From assembly GCA_963676565.1 (NCBI GenBank), contig OY781089.1, forward strand, positions 1,472,001 to 1,536,000: a stretch of 64,000 nucleotides of DNA. Reading direction: 5' to 3'. The notes under the pieces are model-generated. The model was given only the letters and a program-made list of their open reading frames with translations, was not told the origin of the DNA and did not search any database. A program made the translations under genes and the position numbers. This document shows positions 19,855 through 29,125 of the stretch, one piece after another; the first letter of the stretch is position 1; each line of letters begins with the position of its first letter. The DNA comes from Halarcobacter sp. (lineage in GTDB: Bacteria; Campylobacterota; Campylobacteria; Campylobacterales; Arcobacteraceae).

Positions 19855-21157
19855 TTAAAGAGATTCCATTTGCAGCTGCAACTGTAACCATTTCATCACC
19901 AAGTTTTCTCATCTCATTTTTCATTTTAACTATCACTTTTGCTTGTGGATTATCTGGCTGAATTTGATAATCAAAGTGTGCTGTTGTCATTGCAGTTTTA
20001 TTTACACTTGCAATTTTTTTCTCAATAGATTTCATAAGTGTAATAATTCTTTCTCTATCTTCACTAGATAGGGCATCTAATAAAGAAGGCCCAAAAGATT
20101 TACCCATATATGTTCCAGTTAAAACATTTCTAAATCCAAGGTAATTTGCTGTTATATCTCTATGTGTATTGTCAGAGAAGCAAGAGTGCTCATCCTCTTC
20201 TGATGGAGTTAAAACTGCAACTGCAATTCTTTCATTTGCTAATTCAGATTTAATAAATACACCCATTCCAGCAATAATTTGTTTTAATGCATCTTGTGTT
20301 GGTATATTTTTTGATTTATTCTCACCAGTTAATTTTCCTAAAAATGCGTTTTTATATAAACCATCATCTGTCCAAGCTTTATTAATAACTTCTAAATCAG
20401 CAACAATTTTACTAGAAGCGGCTTTTAAGTAAGCTAGTCTTCTAGGTGCATTTGAATCGCTTGTAAAATCACTTAGTGGTCTTTGTCCAGCAGTTAAAGG
20501 TCCATTTGTGATACTATCCTTTACAAAATTTGAATAGTCTTGATCTTGCCCCCATAAAATAAACTCAATGGCATGGTATCCTGTTGCAACATTTGCATCT
20601 CCACCATTTTCATTTAAAGCTGTGATTGCATCTACCGTAATATTTGAAACATCAACTGTGCTTGCTTCTTCTCCACCTGGATTAAAAGAACCAACTGTAT
20701 CAATAATATTTCCTGATGTCTTGTTTCCATCTGCATCAATAGTATAATCAATCATATTTTCATCTAGTGGCCAAGCATTTAATTGCCCTTCTAATGCACC
20801 ATAAGTATCTGCTACCCATCCTTCTTCTGCATCAATTGGACCATTTGAAAGTCTAAATATTTCAGTTTGACCATATGATTCTCTTGAATCTAACCATGCT
20901 TTTTTTGCATCTGCTAAAGTACTATTTGTTGGATTAGCTATAAATTTATCAATTGCAAGTTCTAAGTTTTTTGCATCTTTTAAAGCATCTGAGTAATTAG
21001 CATGTGCAATTTTTGCATAAGTAAGCAATGCAGAGTTTTCTTTTTTAATCTCCATTTTATTTGAAGTCTCTACCCCTTGGTTTGAGGTAGAACAACCTGC
21101 AAATGTTAAAGCTGCTGCTAAACTTAAACTTGAAGCGATTAATTTTGTTTTAGACAT
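19814..21157 (-). CDS. imelysin/IrpA-family iron-regulated lipoprotein
   Basis: Lipobox FAGC; NAWPLDE; GYHAIE (GxHxxE); EDEHSCFSDNT. Confidence 0.92.
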   Translation of the reverse strand: MSKTKLIASSLSLAAALTFAGCSTSNQGVETSNKMEIKKENSALLTYAKIAHANYSDALKDAKNLELAIDKFIANPTNSTLADAKKAWLDSRESYGQTEIFRLSNGPIDAEEGWVADTYGALEGQLNAWPLDENMIDYTIDADGNKTSGNIIDTVGSFNPGGEEASTVDVSNITVDAITALNENGGDANVATGYHAIEFILWGQDQDYSNFVKDSITNGPLTAGQRPLSDFTSDSNAPRRLAYLKAASSKIVADLEVINKAWTDDGLYKNAFLGKLTGENKSKNIPTQDALKQIIAGMGVFIKSELANERIAVAVLTPSEEDEHSCFSDNTHRDITANYLGFRNVLTGTYMGKSFGPSLLDALSSEDRERIITLMKSIEKKIASVNKTAMTTAHFDYQIQPDNPQAKVIVKMKNEMRKLGDEMVTVAAANGISLSEDDVTDPEETKL

Positions 21158-21181
21158 ATTTTTCCTTTTAGTTTTTTAAAA

Positions 21182-21196
21182 TGATACTTATTATCA
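21182..21196. promoter_or_regulatory. candidate Fur box (TGATACTTATTATCA)
   Basis: 7-1-7 match just upstream of the imelysin RBS. Confidence 0.75.
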
Positions 21197-21300
21197 ATTG
21201 AATTTCGAAATTGTAATTCAATGTTCCTTAAGAGATACTTAATATTAATAATGGTTATCATTAAAATATATCTTGAGATTGATTTTCAATTTCTAAAACC

Positions 21301-21323
21301 AAGGAATGCAATTTGCATTCCTT
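21301..21323. terminator. perfect inverted repeat AAGGAATGCAA-T-TTGCATTCCTT (terminator or operator)
   Basis: 11-bp arms; followed by GGTTTT on the minus strand. Confidence 0.5.
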
Positions 21324-21408
21324 AAAAGTAGTTTCTGAAAAAGATGTCATTATTAAAACAATAATTGTTATCATTAATAATTAATTAAGCTATAGGTAAG
21401 TAATATAC

Positions 21409-21423
21409 CGATATTCATTATCA
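21409..21423. promoter_or_regulatory. candidate Fur box (CGATATTCATTATCA)
   Basis: Nearly identical to the 8248 box; directly precedes the SD of the 43-aa ORF. Confidence 0.7.
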
Positions 21424-21437
21424 AAAAAGGATAAAAT

Positions 21438-21569
21438 GTGAAAAATGTTAATACAATAGAAAATTCAGTTTTTTATAAAACTAATTTAAAAATACAAAAC
21501 AATTTATGGAAAGCATATACTATAACTCTAGCAGTAAGTTTTATGTTAGTGGGAATTAAAGGTTTTTAA
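21438..21569 (+). CDS. unannotated 43-aa small membrane protein
   Basis: AAGGA SD, GTG start; MKNVNTIENSVFYKTNLKIQNNLWKAYTITLAVSFMLVGIKGF, one C-terminal hydrophobic helix. Confidence 0.6.
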   Translation: MKNVNTIENSVFYKTNLKIQNNLWKAYTITLAVSFMLVGIKGF

Positions 21570-21573
21570 TAGT

Positions 21574-22545
21574 TTAATCTTTACTCCAGATTCTTCTATT
21601 TAGTTTTAATTCTTCAACGCAACCTATTACAAGGCTTAATATCTCTATATATTCGAAGATAAGTGTTTCGTTTAACAAAGATGTAAAAACAGTAGGCTCA
21701 AATAAATCTTTTTTGTAATCAATTGCAATATGTAACTTATTTTTTGTAAATGATATATAAATATCATTTTTAGATTTTTTCTTAAAATTTAAAATCAACT
21801 CCATAAGATTTTGAGTTAAAATATATCTTACTTCAATTTGGTCATCGGAATAAACAACAAACTCTTTTTCAAAATCAACACTATCCATTTTTACAAGTTC
21901 ACCCCTTGAAGAATTTTTTGATTGAAGCCAAGAACCAATTAAATCTCCAAAACTATTTTGTGCAAAATCTGGAAGAACGAGTGTAGTTCCATAAAAGTTT
22001 TTATTAAAATCAGCAGCTATAAAAAGTCCTTGAAATATAGTTGAGTACTTTGTTCTTCCCTTGGAGTCCTTATATTTTTTTTTGGCATGAATATCAGAAA
22101 ATTGTATTTGTGTTTTATCAATTGTCCCAATTGTAAAATCATTTCCTGTGAACTTGTCAGGGTAACTAAAAAGTTTTGAATCAGTGAAAATAGTTTTAGA
22201 GATATGAAGATTTGAAGAATAATTCAAATTGGAATCAATCTGCTTTATTAAAGGTTTTATTACATATTCTTTAAATTCACTTCTATAATCTTTTTTCATA
22301 TATTTATATAAAAAAATTCCAAGTGAAACTAAAATAGCTATTGTTATGAAAATTCCATCTTCTTTATTTGAACTATTATAAAAAAAGATAAAGTAGATTG
22401 CAATTGCATTCCAAAACATTATAAAGTAGATAAAAAGAAGTTTGTTTTTTAATTTTTTTCTTTTCTCTTCAAGTTTATTTACATCTTTTACTAAAGTATT
22501 TTTATAAAACTCTTTTAGTTCATCAACACTTTTATTTTTTTGCAA
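21574..22545 (-). CDS. DUF3137-family membrane protein
   Basis: 2 N-terminal TM; TIFQGLF..ADFNKNF.G.T; FEKEFVVYSDDQIE.RYILT; downstream of lemA. Confidence 0.8.
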   Translation of the reverse strand: MQKNKSVDELKEFYKNTLVKDVNKLEEKRKKLKNKLLFIYFIMFWNAIAIYFIFFYNSSNKEDGIFITIAILVSLGIFLYKYMKKDYRSEFKEYVIKPLIKQIDSNLNYSSNLHISKTIFTDSKLFSYPDKFTGNDFTIGTIDKTQIQFSDIHAKKKYKDSKGRTKYSTIFQGLFIAADFNKNFYGTTLVLPDFAQNSFGDLIGSWLQSKNSSRGELVKMDSVDFEKEFVVYSDDQIEVRYILTQNLMELILNFKKKSKNDIYISFTKNKLHIAIDYKKDLFEPTVFTSLLNETLIFEYIEILSLVIGCVEELKLNRRIWSKD

Positions 22546-22562
22546 AACTTTACTTTATTAGA

Positions 22563-23123
22563 TTATTTATTGCTAAATAGCTCTTCAACAAGAATATTGT
22601 CTTTTTGTGTATCTTCTATTTCAAATAGTTCTTTTTCTTTATAGTTCATTATTTTAGCCATAAAATTTGTTGGTATCATCTCAATTGCATTATTATAATC
22701 CGTAACAGCTTGGTTGTATGCTCTTCTTGATGCTGAGATCTGTTCCTCTATTTCATTTAATGATTTTTGTAATTCAATTATATTTTCATTGGCTTTTAAT
22801 TCTGGATATTCCTCAACTGTTACCATTAATCCAGCTAAAGCTTTTGAAAACTTTTTATCAATACTCATTTTTTGTGAATTATCAATATTCTTTCTTATAC
22901 CTTGTGATCTTAATGAAGTTACTTCTTCAAGGAGTGACTTTTCATGTTCCATATATCTTTTAACACTTGCTACAATGTTTGGAACTAAGTCATATCTTTT
23001 TTTTAATTGCACATCAACTGAGGCAAAGAGGTTTTCCACTTGATTCTTTTTTGCAATAAGTGAGTTATACATTAAAACAAGTATGATTATAAAAATAATT
23101 AATATAATAATTGTTGTGTTCAT
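22563..23123 (-). CDS. lemA: LemA family protein
   Basis: QLKKRYDLVPN, YPELKANEN, RRAYN..V..YN; ATG 23123 has an AAGGA SD. Confidence 0.92.
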   Translation of the reverse strand: MNTTIIILIIFIIILVLMYNSLIAKKNQVENLFASVDVQLKKRYDLVPNIVASVKRYMEHEKSLLEEVTSLRSQGIRKNIDNSQKMSIDKKFSKALAGLMVTVEEYPELKANENIIELQKSLNEIEEQISASRRAYNQAVTDYNNAIEMIPTNFMAKIMNYKEKELFEIEDTQKDNILVEELFSNK

Positions 23124-23223
23124 TTTAATCCTTTTATTAGCTAGTAGTTTAACTAAAAAAATAAAAAATTGAAATAAAAAGTAAAAAAAGCTAGAATTCA
23201 AACAATATAATTTTGGATGTGTT

Positions 23224-25464
23224 ATGAATGAAAGAACTTTAGTAAATATTATAAAATACTCTCCATCTATATTTATACTTCTTTTGACAATTATTATTTC
23301 AATCTTAGTTTACAAAGAACACAAATCAAATATAGAAGCTGAAAAAAATCTTATAATGACAGCTCAAATAGAAGATGAAAAAGATGAAATCCAACTTTGG
23401 ATAGATTCAATTGCTCAATCTATGATTATGATGAAAGAAAATACTGAAAATGATTTAAAAAATAATTTAAGAAATCAAGTTCATAATGCATATGAAATTG
23501 CCTACAGAATATTTAATAAATACAAAAATGAAAAAACAAAAGAGGAGATTACTGATATTATAAAGGCCTCTCTTCGTTCAATTAGAAATAATGATGGAAG
23601 GGGATATTTCTTCATTTTTCAAATGGATGGTACAAACATCTTAAATAGTGATTTCCCTGAGATAGAAGGTAAATCTTTATGGAATTATAAAGATTTAAAG
23701 GGAGTTCTTTTACTTCAAGAGATGAATAAAATCTTAAGCCATAAAAGTGAAACTTTTTATGATTGGTATTGGCACAAGTCAACTGACAAGGAAAAAGAGT
23801 ATAAAAAAGTTGGTTTTTTCAAAAAATTTGAGCCTTATGATTGGTTCATAGGAACAGGTGAATATGTTGATGATTTTGAAGACAGTATAAAAAATAAAAT
23901 TTTAAATTATGTAAGAAAAATAAGATATAAAGATGATAGGTATATATTTATAACAAATGATAAAGGTAAAGTTTTATCCCATAAATATGAAAAGTTGATT
24001 GGTTTAGATATTACCAAATCAATAGAAGGTTTCAAACAACATTATGAAAATAAAGAGATGTTTGCAAATGGAAAGTTTATAGAATATGCTTTAAAAGAAG
24101 AGAATATAAACAGAAAAATCACCTATGCAAGATGGATTAAAGAATGGAATTGGGTTATAGGAACAGGTTTTAACTTTGACAAAATCAATGATAGAATCAT
24201 AGAAAGACAAAATCATTTAGAAATTAAATATAATGAATATCTAAAAGAGACTATAGTTTTAAGTTCAATTTTGATTTTTATTTTATTAGTTATTTCCCAT
24301 ATCATTTCAAGGTTTGTAGAAAAAAGTTTTTATCAATACAAATCAAGTTTAGAAGAGAAACATAAAACGTTAGTAAAAGCTCAAAGGACTGCAAGTATTG
24401 GAGACTGGAAATTAGATATAAAAACCCAAGAAGCATATTGGTCTGATGAGATTTTAAATATTTTAGGAATTGAAGAGCTAAAAGAGAAACCTAGCCCTGA
24501 ATTTTTAAAAAAACTTATGCATCCAGATGATTGGGAAGGATTTAAATCTTCACTAGAAAATACCATGAGTAAAAAAAGTGACCATGCTTGTGTTTATAGA
24601 ATAATTAGGCCTAAAGATAAGAATATTATTTGGATTGATTGTAGAGGGCAATTAAGTGAAGACAATCAAAAAATCTATGGAACAATACAAGATATAACAA
24701 AAAGAAAACTTCTAGAAGATGAAAAAGATCAAAAAGAAGCACTTCTTTTTCAACAAAGTAAATTAGCTTCAATGGGGGAGATGTTAGGAAATATTGCCCA
24801 TCAATGGAGACAACCTTTATCTTTAATAACTAGTACAGCAACTGGGGCACAAGTACAAAATAAAATAGGAGTTTTAGATAGTGAAACAATTGATAAAAAC
24901 TTAGAAAGTATCACTGAAACAGCTAAACACTTATCTCAAACAATTGAAGATTTTAGAACTTTTTTTAAGCCTAAAGATGATGAATTTAATAAATTTAGTA
25001 TAAAAGATATTATCTCAAGAACATTAAATTTAATCAATGTTCAATTCAAATCAAAAAATATTATAATTATTGAAGAAATAGAGGATTCAAATATTGTATC
25101 TTTAGAAAATGAATTAGTTCAGGCTTTAATCAATATATTAAATAATGCAAGAGATGCTTTATGCGATATAAATAATCTTGAACAAAAACTTATTTTAATC
25201 AAAACATATGTAAAAAAAGAAAATTTAATAATAGAGATTCAAGATAATGGTGGAGGAATACCAAAAAATATATTAGACAGAGTGTTTGAACCTTATTTTA
25301 CAACTAAACATCAATCCCATGGGACAGGTATTGGACTATATATGACACAACAGATTGTAGATAAACTACTAAAAGGTTCTATAAGAGTTAAAAATAAAGA
25401 TTTTAGTTTTGAAACTAAATCTTATCATGGAGCAAATTTCAAAATAATTCTTCCTCTTAAATAA
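23224..25464 (+). CDS. Cache-domain/PAS sensor histidine kinase
   Basis: 2 TM flanking Cache-like domains (GRGYFFI, WFIGTGEY); PAS (HPDD); IAHQWRQPL. Confidence 0.92.
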   Translation: MNERTLVNIIKYSPSIFILLLTIIISILVYKEHKSNIEAEKNLIMTAQIEDEKDEIQLWIDSIAQSMIMMKENTENDLKNNLRNQVHNAYEIAYRIFNKYKNEKTKEEITDIIKASLRSIRNNDGRGYFFIFQMDGTNILNSDFPEIEGKSLWNYKDLKGVLLLQEMNKILSHKSETFYDWYWHKSTDKEKEYKKVGFFKKFEPYDWFIGTGEYVDDFEDSIKNKILNYVRKIRYKDDRYIFITNDKGKVLSHKYEKLIGLDITKSIEGFKQHYENKEMFANGKFIEYALKEENINRKITYARWIKEWNWVIGTGFNFDKINDRIIERQNHLEIKYNEYLKETIVLSSILIFILLVISHIISRFVEKSFYQYKSSLEEKHKTLVKAQRTASIGDWKLDIKTQEAYWSDEILNILGIEELKEKPSPEFLKKLMHPDDWEGFKSSLENTMSKKSDHACVYRIIRPKDKNIIWIDCRGQLSEDNQKIYGTIQDITKRKLLEDEKDQKEALLFQQSKLASMGEMLGNIAHQWRQPLSLITSTATGAQVQNKIGVLDSETIDKNLESITETAKHLSQTIEDFRTFFKPKDDEFNKFSIKDIISRTLNLINVQFKSKNIIIIEEIEDSNIVSLENELVQALINILNNARDALCDINNLEQKLILIKTYVKKENLIIEIQDNGGGIPKNILDRVFEPYFTTKHQSHGTGIGLYMTQQIVDKLLKGSIRVKNKDFSFETKSYHGANFKIILPLK

Positions 25465-25519
25465 TTAGTTTAATTTTATTATAATATTATTACAATAGTA
25501 TTACTATTAAGGATGATAA

Positions 25520-27607
25520 ATGATAACTGATAACTCGAAACTTGGATATTTTATAAAATCTTTACTTGTTATTTCATTCATTAATATAATCATCACTGGC
25601 TTGTTGTATTTATTATTGGTAAATAAAGCTAAAGATGATATCTATAATGAATTTAATACTATTGCTAATTATGAATTTACGCAAACAAAAAAATTTATAA
25701 ATAATAAATTCACATACTATAAAAATGTTTTAGATTCTTTAGAGTCTTCAACAGCTTTTTCAAACTATCTTAATACAAATGATTCAAACAATTTAAAAGA
25801 GCTTATGTCTACAATTACAAAAGCTAGCTTACCTATTTTTCAATTAAGGTTTTTAGATAAAAATGGAATAGAAAAAATTAGAATTGATAAGGATAAAAAT
25901 AATAAGGTTATTGAAGAAAAAAATCTACAAGATAAAAGTGATAGATACTATTTTAAAAAAACTATTTCGCTAAAAGAAGGGGAGTATTACATATCAAATC
26001 TAGATTTAAATATTGAACAAAAAAAAATTGAACTTCCATATAAACCAACTATTAGAATATCAAAGGCAATTTATAGAAATAATCAACTTCAAGGGGTTTT
26101 GATAATTAACTATAATGCAAAAGAGATTATAAATAGTATTAAAGAAAACAAGTTTTTCGATGTTTATTATATGGATAAAAATGGCAATTTCTTTTTGCAT
26201 CCTAATAAGTCAAAAAACTATTCATCTCAATTAAATACGAATTATAAAGTGATAGATGAAATTTCTTATATCAATGAGTTAATAAAATATAATTATTTAG
26301 ATAAAAATAAAAGATATTATGTAAATAAAGTAGTTCTAACTGATGATGATTTTTATGTAATCTATTCTTTGAAAAATTCTATTTTTGAAGAAAAACTTGC
26401 TTTAGTGGAATATGATATATTTTTACTTTTCCTTACTGTATTTATTATAACAATACCAGTGATTTTTATTGGAATATATATTCAATCAATGAATGCAAGG
26501 ATATTAGACACAATAATTGATAATACTCCTTATCCTGTGTTTTTTAAAAATTCTTCAAGAAAATTTGTAGTTGTTAACAATGCTATGGTGAAAATTCTTG
26601 GGGCAAAAAGTAAAAAAGAGGTTATTGGTAAGAGAATAGAAGATTTACTTGAACATAAATATGCTAATACTTTTAGAAAAAATATTGATAAAGCTTTTGC
26701 CCTTGGAAGAAGTGAAGAGGAGATAGAGTTTGTTGATGCAAATTCAAAAAGACATTTCTTTGATACAAAGCTAATCAAAATATCGCTATTGGGGAAATTG
26801 AATAAAACATATGTTCTTGGAATTGCTATTGATGTAACACAATTAAAATCTTTAAATCAACAATTAGAAAACTTAGTTGATATTGAAATCAAAAAAAGAA
26901 TCTCTTTAGAAAAAGATTTAATACAAAAATCAAAAATGGCAGAAATAGGAAATCTTTTAGCAAATTTAATTGATCAGTGGAAAAATCCTTTAAATATTAT
27001 AAAAGTAATATCAAGTGGAGCAAGATTAAATATAGAAGCAAATAATATAAATATTGAAGAGATAGATAATCATTTTGAGCAGATTGATACTCAAGTAGAA
27101 ATAATGGTAGAAATCTCAAATGAATTTAAATACTTTTTTAATCCAAATGAAAAAGCAAGTAAGTTTATCATTAAAAAAGTATTTGAAAGTGTTAGAAATA
27201 TTTTATCAACAAGATTAAAACATAATGAAATTGAAATTATTTATGATATGGATGAAACCTTGTCTATAGAAGGTTATACAAATAATTTTGCACAAGTTAT
27301 ATTATCTATATTAAATAACGCAATTGATGAGTTTGAAAGAAAGAAAGTAAATGATAAAAAAATATTTATAAATGCATTTAAAAGTAATTCAATTGTAATT
27401 GAAATTATTGATAATGCAGGGAAAATAGATGAATCTTTATTGCCAAATAAACTTTTTGAAGAATATGAAACAACTAAAAAAGAAAAGAATTTAGGACAAG
27501 GCTTACCTATATGCAAAAAAATTATTGAAGAAAGCTTTTCAGGAAAGATAATGGCATACAATATTAATAATAATGCTGTATTTAAAATAGAGTTACCTTT
27601 AGTTTAA
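25520..27607 (+). CDS. dCache/PAS histidine-kinase-like protein lacking the phospho-acceptor His
   Basis: QLRFLDKNG.E, QDKSDRYYF, PTIRI sensor motifs; PAS; H-box reads LIDQWKNPL. Confidence 0.85.
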   Translation: MITDNSKLGYFIKSLLVISFINIIITGLLYLLLVNKAKDDIYNEFNTIANYEFTQTKKFINNKFTYYKNVLDSLESSTAFSNYLNTNDSNNLKELMSTITKASLPIFQLRFLDKNGIEKIRIDKDKNNKVIEEKNLQDKSDRYYFKKTISLKEGEYYISNLDLNIEQKKIELPYKPTIRISKAIYRNNQLQGVLIINYNAKEIINSIKENKFFDVYYMDKNGNFFLHPNKSKNYSSQLNTNYKVIDEISYINELIKYNYLDKNKRYYVNKVVLTDDDFYVIYSLKNSIFEEKLALVEYDIFLLFLTVFIITIPVIFIGIYIQSMNARILDTIIDNTPYPVFFKNSSRKFVVVNNAMVKILGAKSKKEVIGKRIEDLLEHKYANTFRKNIDKAFALGRSEEEIEFVDANSKRHFFDTKLIKISLLGKLNKTYVLGIAIDVTQLKSLNQQLENLVDIEIKKRISLEKDLIQKSKMAEIGNLLANLIDQWKNPLNIIKVISSGARLNIEANNINIEEIDNHFEQIDTQVEIMVEISNEFKYFFNPNEKASKFIIKKVFESVRNILSTRLKHNEIEIIYDMDETLSIEGYTNNFAQVILSILNNAIDEFERKKVNDKKIFINAFKSNSIVIEIIDNAGKIDESLLPNKLFEEYETTKKEKNLGQGLPICKKIIEESFSGKIMAYNINNNAVFKIELPLV

Positions 27608-27686
27608 AATTTAATCTTGAGTAAGATAGTATTTTTTAATTAATTTCAAGTTAATATATCAGAGATTTTATATTTAGGAATTTTAA

Positions 27687-28085
27687 ATGAAAATAGTTTT
27701 CTCTTTACTTGTTTTATCAGTATTTAGTTTTGCACAGTTTATAGGGATAGATCCAACTACACTAAAAAATAAAATTGATGAAAATGTAGTTGTAATTGAT
27801 ATTAGAACTCCACCTGAATGGGTACAAACAGGCATTGTCCCTACAAGTAAGACTTTAATGTTTTTTGATCAAAATGGTAATTATGATGTTGAAAAGTGGC
27901 TTCAAAAATTTACATCTTACGTAAAGAATAAAGACCAAGCCTTTGTTTTAGTTTGTAGATCTGGCAACAGAACAGGTATGCTTGGAAATTTCCTATCTGA
28001 GAAATTAGGATATAAAAAAGTATTTCATTTAGAAAATGGGATAAAATCATGGATAAAAGAACAAAGACCAACTATTAAAAACTAA
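27687..28085 (+). CDS. secreted rhodanese-like protein
   Basis: Signal peptide; IDIRTPPEW; CRSGNRT. Confidence 0.88.
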   Translation: MKIVFSLLVLSVFSFAQFIGIDPTTLKNKIDENVVVIDIRTPPEWVQTGIVPTSKTLMFFDQNGNYDVEKWLQKFTSYVKNKDQAFVLVCRSGNRTGMLGNFLSEKLGYKKVFHLENGIKSWIKEQRPTIKN

Positions 28086-28132
28086 TTATAAAACTACAAA
28101 TTTTATTAAAATCATTAGGTTAGGGAGAAGTA

Positions 28133-28993
28133 TTGTTAAAAGACACAAGAATACAAGGTATGATAATAGCTACCTTAGGTGTTTTTATAATTAGTTTTGA
28201 TGCATTGATAATCAGATTAGCAAACACAGATGCCAGTGTTGTAACATTTTATAGAGGCTTATTTATGGGTATTAGTATGCTTCTTTTATGGCTTGTAAAT
28301 AATAAAGGCAAAATAACATTTAAAATAAAACCAAAAGAGTTTTTAACTTTTAGTCTTGTAACAATTTTTTCTAGTGCAGGGACTTGTTTATTTGTATTTT
28401 CAATAAAATATACTATTGCTGCAAATACAGTTGTACTTCTTGCAACAGCAGCATTTTTTGCAGCGATATTTAGCTATATATTTTTAAAAGAGAAAATTAA
28501 AAGAAATACTTTAATTGCAATAATAATATCATTTTTAGGAATAGCAATTGTTTTTGGAAGTAGTTCCTCTTTTGGTTCTTTAGGGGATTTATTAGGGATT
28601 CTTTTGGCAATTGCAATTGGACTTGAATTAACATTGTTAAGAAAATATCAACATTTTTCAAAGGTTTTGATTATATCATTAAGTGGTTTTTTAATTGCAA
28701 TAATAATGTATTTTTCAAACGACAATATTTTTGATATAACATTAGAAAATCTTCAATGGCTTTTTTTGATGGGCTTTATACAAATTCCATTGGCAATGTA
28801 TTTGATTTTTTTAGCTACAAAATATATCACTTCAGCTGAGGTTAGTTTATTTTCTATTATTGAGACAGTTTTAGCCCCTGTATGGTTATGGCTTGTTTTA
28901 GGTGAATTAGTACCTAAAATGACAATTATTGGAGGAGCATTAGTTGTAATCGCAATATTTATTAATGCTATGCCAAATAAAAAGTATAATTGA
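28133..28993 (+). CDS. DMT/EamA family transporter
   Basis: About 10 TM in two EamA repeats; TTG start with GGGAG SD. Confidence 0.88.
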   Translation: MLKDTRIQGMIIATLGVFIISFDALIIRLANTDASVVTFYRGLFMGISMLLLWLVNNKGKITFKIKPKEFLTFSLVTIFSSAGTCLFVFSIKYTIAANTVVLLATAAFFAAIFSYIFLKEKIKRNTLIAIIISFLGIAIVFGSSSSFGSLGDLLGILLAIAIGLELTLLRKYQHFSKVLIISLSGFLIAIIMYFSNDNIFDITLENLQWLFLMGFIQIPLAMYLIFLATKYITSAEVSLFSIIETVLAPVWLWLVLGELVPKMTIIGGALVVIAIFINAMPNKKYN

Positions 28994-29125
28994 AAATTTT
29001 ATAAGAACATACTATTTTAGGTCAATCTTATAGTAAAAATAACTCTTTTTGATATTTAAAATCTTATATAATTAACTTTTAATTTACCACTGCCTTTTAC
29101 AATTTCATTATCACATTTAAAAAGG

